64,000 nt of DNA, taken from positions 4,156,001 through 4,220,000 of the forward strand of contig CM119373.1 in the NCBI GenBank assembly GCA_051294905.1, read 5' to 3'. Position 1 is the stretch's first letter. Each line of letters starts with the position of its first letter. Positions 61,266 to 64,000 of this stretch are shown here, in pieces. A program made the translations under genes and the position numbers. Below the pieces are notes generated by a model. It searched no databases, was not told the origin of the DNA, and worked only from the letters and a program-made list of their open reading frames with translations. The stretch is from Botryllus schlosseri (Eukaryota).

Positions 61266-64000
61266 GGGCGTATAGCACGTACCTATACATAGTCAACTTT
61301 AACAACGGAATTACCATGCTTAACATTGAATCCCAACTCGAAACTTGATACGTAGTTGTAGGACATTATGGTAATGCACCATGCTAAATTTCATCACACA
61401 TCTAATGATGGAACACCTTTAAAACTAACGCAGTCGAATACCGACTTTTACGCATATCTGTTTTGCGTGAACATAGCATATACCTATACATAGTCAATTT
61501 TAATAGCAGAATTACCGTGTTAAACATTGAATTCCCACCTTGAAAGTGGGTACGCGGTTATAGGAGATTATAACAATGCACCATACCAAATCCCATCACA
61601 CATTTCATGATGGAACAACTTTAAAACTAACGCGGCTCTACATCGACTTTTTGCGTACATCTGTTTTGTGGGAGCGTATAGCACGTAGCCTACCCATACA
61701 TAGCCAACTTTAATAACGGAATTACCATGCTTAACATTGAATCCCAACTCGAAACTTGATACGTAGTTATAGAACATTATGGCAATTCACCATGCTAAAT
61801 TTCATCACACATCTAATGATGGAACACCTTTGAAACTATCGCAGTCGAATACCAACTTTTACGCATATCTGTTTTCCGTGAACATAGCATATACCCATAC
61901 ATAGTCAATTTTAATAACAGAATTAGCATGCTAAACATTAAATTCTCACCTTGAACGTTGAAACGCGGTTGTGGGACATAATAACAATGCACCATACCAA
62001 ATTTCGTCAGACATTTCATGATGTAACACCTTTAAAACCAACGCAGTTCTATACAGACTTTTGGCTAAATCTGTTTTTCCGTAGCGTAGCACGTACCTAT
62101 ACATAGTCAACTTTAATAACGGATTTAGCATGTTAATAATCGACTTAGTTTTAAATAAAATACGGAATATAAACTAATCGAAAAATTCGGTAACCAATTT
62201 CGCGTAGGCTATGCATGCATACAAATGAGGAAAGTTACATCAACGCGTGTTAAAGTAGCTGTATCGAGTTATCGAATGATTTTCTCCTTACATCAAAACA
62301 ACTAGAATGTATAACTAAATTAAAAAACGTATCTAAATGAGCTCCAGGGCATTGTGATTATGCTGCATGCCAAATTTCATCACACATTTCATGATGGAAC
62401 AACTTTAAAACTAACGCAGTTCTATAGCAACTTTTGCCTAAATCTGTTTTCGGTAGCGTGTACATATACATAGTCAGATTTAATAACAGAATTATCATGC
62501 TAATATGTGACTCCTCACCTTGAAACTTGGTACGTAGTTGTAGGACATTGTGATTATGCAGCATACCAAATTTCTTCACGCATTTCATAATGGAACAACT
62601 TTAAAACTAACGCGGTTCTACATCGACTTTTTGCGTACATCTGTTTTGCGTGGGGGCGTATAGCACGTACCTATACATAGTCAACTTTAACAACGGAATT
62701 ACCATGCTTAACATTGAATCCCAACTCGAAACTTGATACGTAGTTGTAGGACATTCTGGCAATGCACCATGCTAAATTTCATCACACATCTAATGATGGA
62801 ACACCTTTAAAACTAACGCAGTCGAATACCGACTTTTACGCATATCTGTTTTGCGTGAACATAGCATATACCTATACATAGTCAATTTTAATAGCAGAAT
62901 TACCGTGTTAAACATTGAATTCCCACCTTGAAAGTTGGTACGCGGTTATAGGAGATTATAACAATGCACCATACCAAATCCCATCACACATTTCATGATG
63001 GAACAACTTTATAACTAACGCGGCTCTACATCGACTTTTTGCGTACATCTGTTTTGTGGGAGCGTATAGCACGTAGCCTACCCATACATAACCATCTTTA
63101 ATAACGGAATTACCATGCTTAACATTGAATCCCAACTCGATACTTGATACGTAGTTATAGGACATTATGGCAATTCACCATGCTAAATTTCATCACACAT
63201 CTAATGATGGAACACCTTTGAAACTATCGCAGTCGAATACCAACTTTTACGCATATCTGTTTTTCGTGAACATAGCATATACCCATACATAGTCAATTTT
63301 AATAACAGAATTAGCATGCTAAACATTAAATTCTCACCTTGAACGTTGATACGTGGTTGTAGGACATAATAACAATGCACCATACCAAATTTCATCAGAC
63401 ATTTCATGATGTAACACCTTTAAAACCAACGCAGTTCTATACAGACTTTTGGCTAAATCTGTTTTTCCGTAGCGTAGCACGTACCTATACATAGTCAACT
63501 TTAATAACGGATTTAGCATGTTAATAATCGACTCCCCACCTTGAAACTCGGTACGCAGTTGTAAGACATTATGACAATGCACCATGTCAAATTTTGTTAC
63601 GCATTTCATGATTGAACAACTTTAAAACTAACGCAGTTCCATACCGACTTTTGCGAGTGCGTAGCACGTACCTATAAGCATACTCAACTTTCATAGCGGA
63701 ATTACCGAGCTAAACATTGAATGCGCAACTTGAAGATTGGTTCACAGGTGTAGGGCAGTATGACAATGGAACACATCAAATTTCATCACACATTTCATGA
63801 TGGAACACCTTTAAAACTAACGCAGTTCTATACCAACTTCGCGTGAATCTGTTTGCGGGAGCGTAGCACGTACCTATGCGTGATCAACTTTAGTGATGGA
63901 ATTACATATGTAATTAAGTTTCAACACTTTTACAATGATTCGTCTTGCTTCCTATAACACCCCACTCGAGAAAATGCGTCGTAGGATATAGATGAAACTA
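61266..64000 (+). repeat. Direct copy of 55487-58221 (offset 5779 bp)
   Basis: Identical ORF translations at constant offset (55789/61568, 56579/62358, 57555/63334). Confidence 0.93.

Noticed and set aside
55190..63609. Repeated short minus-strand ORFs in the satellite
   Set aside because: Frames change between monomers; typical satellite noise.

Overview
AT-rich, transposon-dense animal genomic DNA, probably an invertebrate; the species cannot be determined from the sequence. The centrepiece is a fully delimited 15,556-bp Polinton/Maverick-type endogenous virus-like element (22811-38366), with AGTAGT termini, 105-bp perfect TIRs and a 6-bp GACGTG target-site duplication. It carries the virion module (packaging ATPase, two minor-capsid paralogs, major capsid, adenain-like protease, small core/membrane proteins) and a frameshifted integrase-chromodomain, but no protein-primed DNA polymerase B. 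A ~3.9-kb array of 515-bp repeats fills its right arm. It also carries two anti-apoptotic cargo genes: a BIR/IAP and a Bcl-2/Mcl-1-like gene with a spliceosomal intron at the BH2 position. One core viral gene also appears to need splicing of a 52-nt intron. A second element with a related TIR starts at 51939 and runs into a ~200-bp satellite and a >=1.6-kb-arm near-perfect palindrome next to an assembly gap. The rest of the window holds host EGF-Ca/pentraxin exons (two pentraxin paralogs), a tRNA-Arg(UCU), a SINE, and many nested hAT-type MITEs and transposase remnants. All family assignments come from motif recognition by eye; no searches were run.
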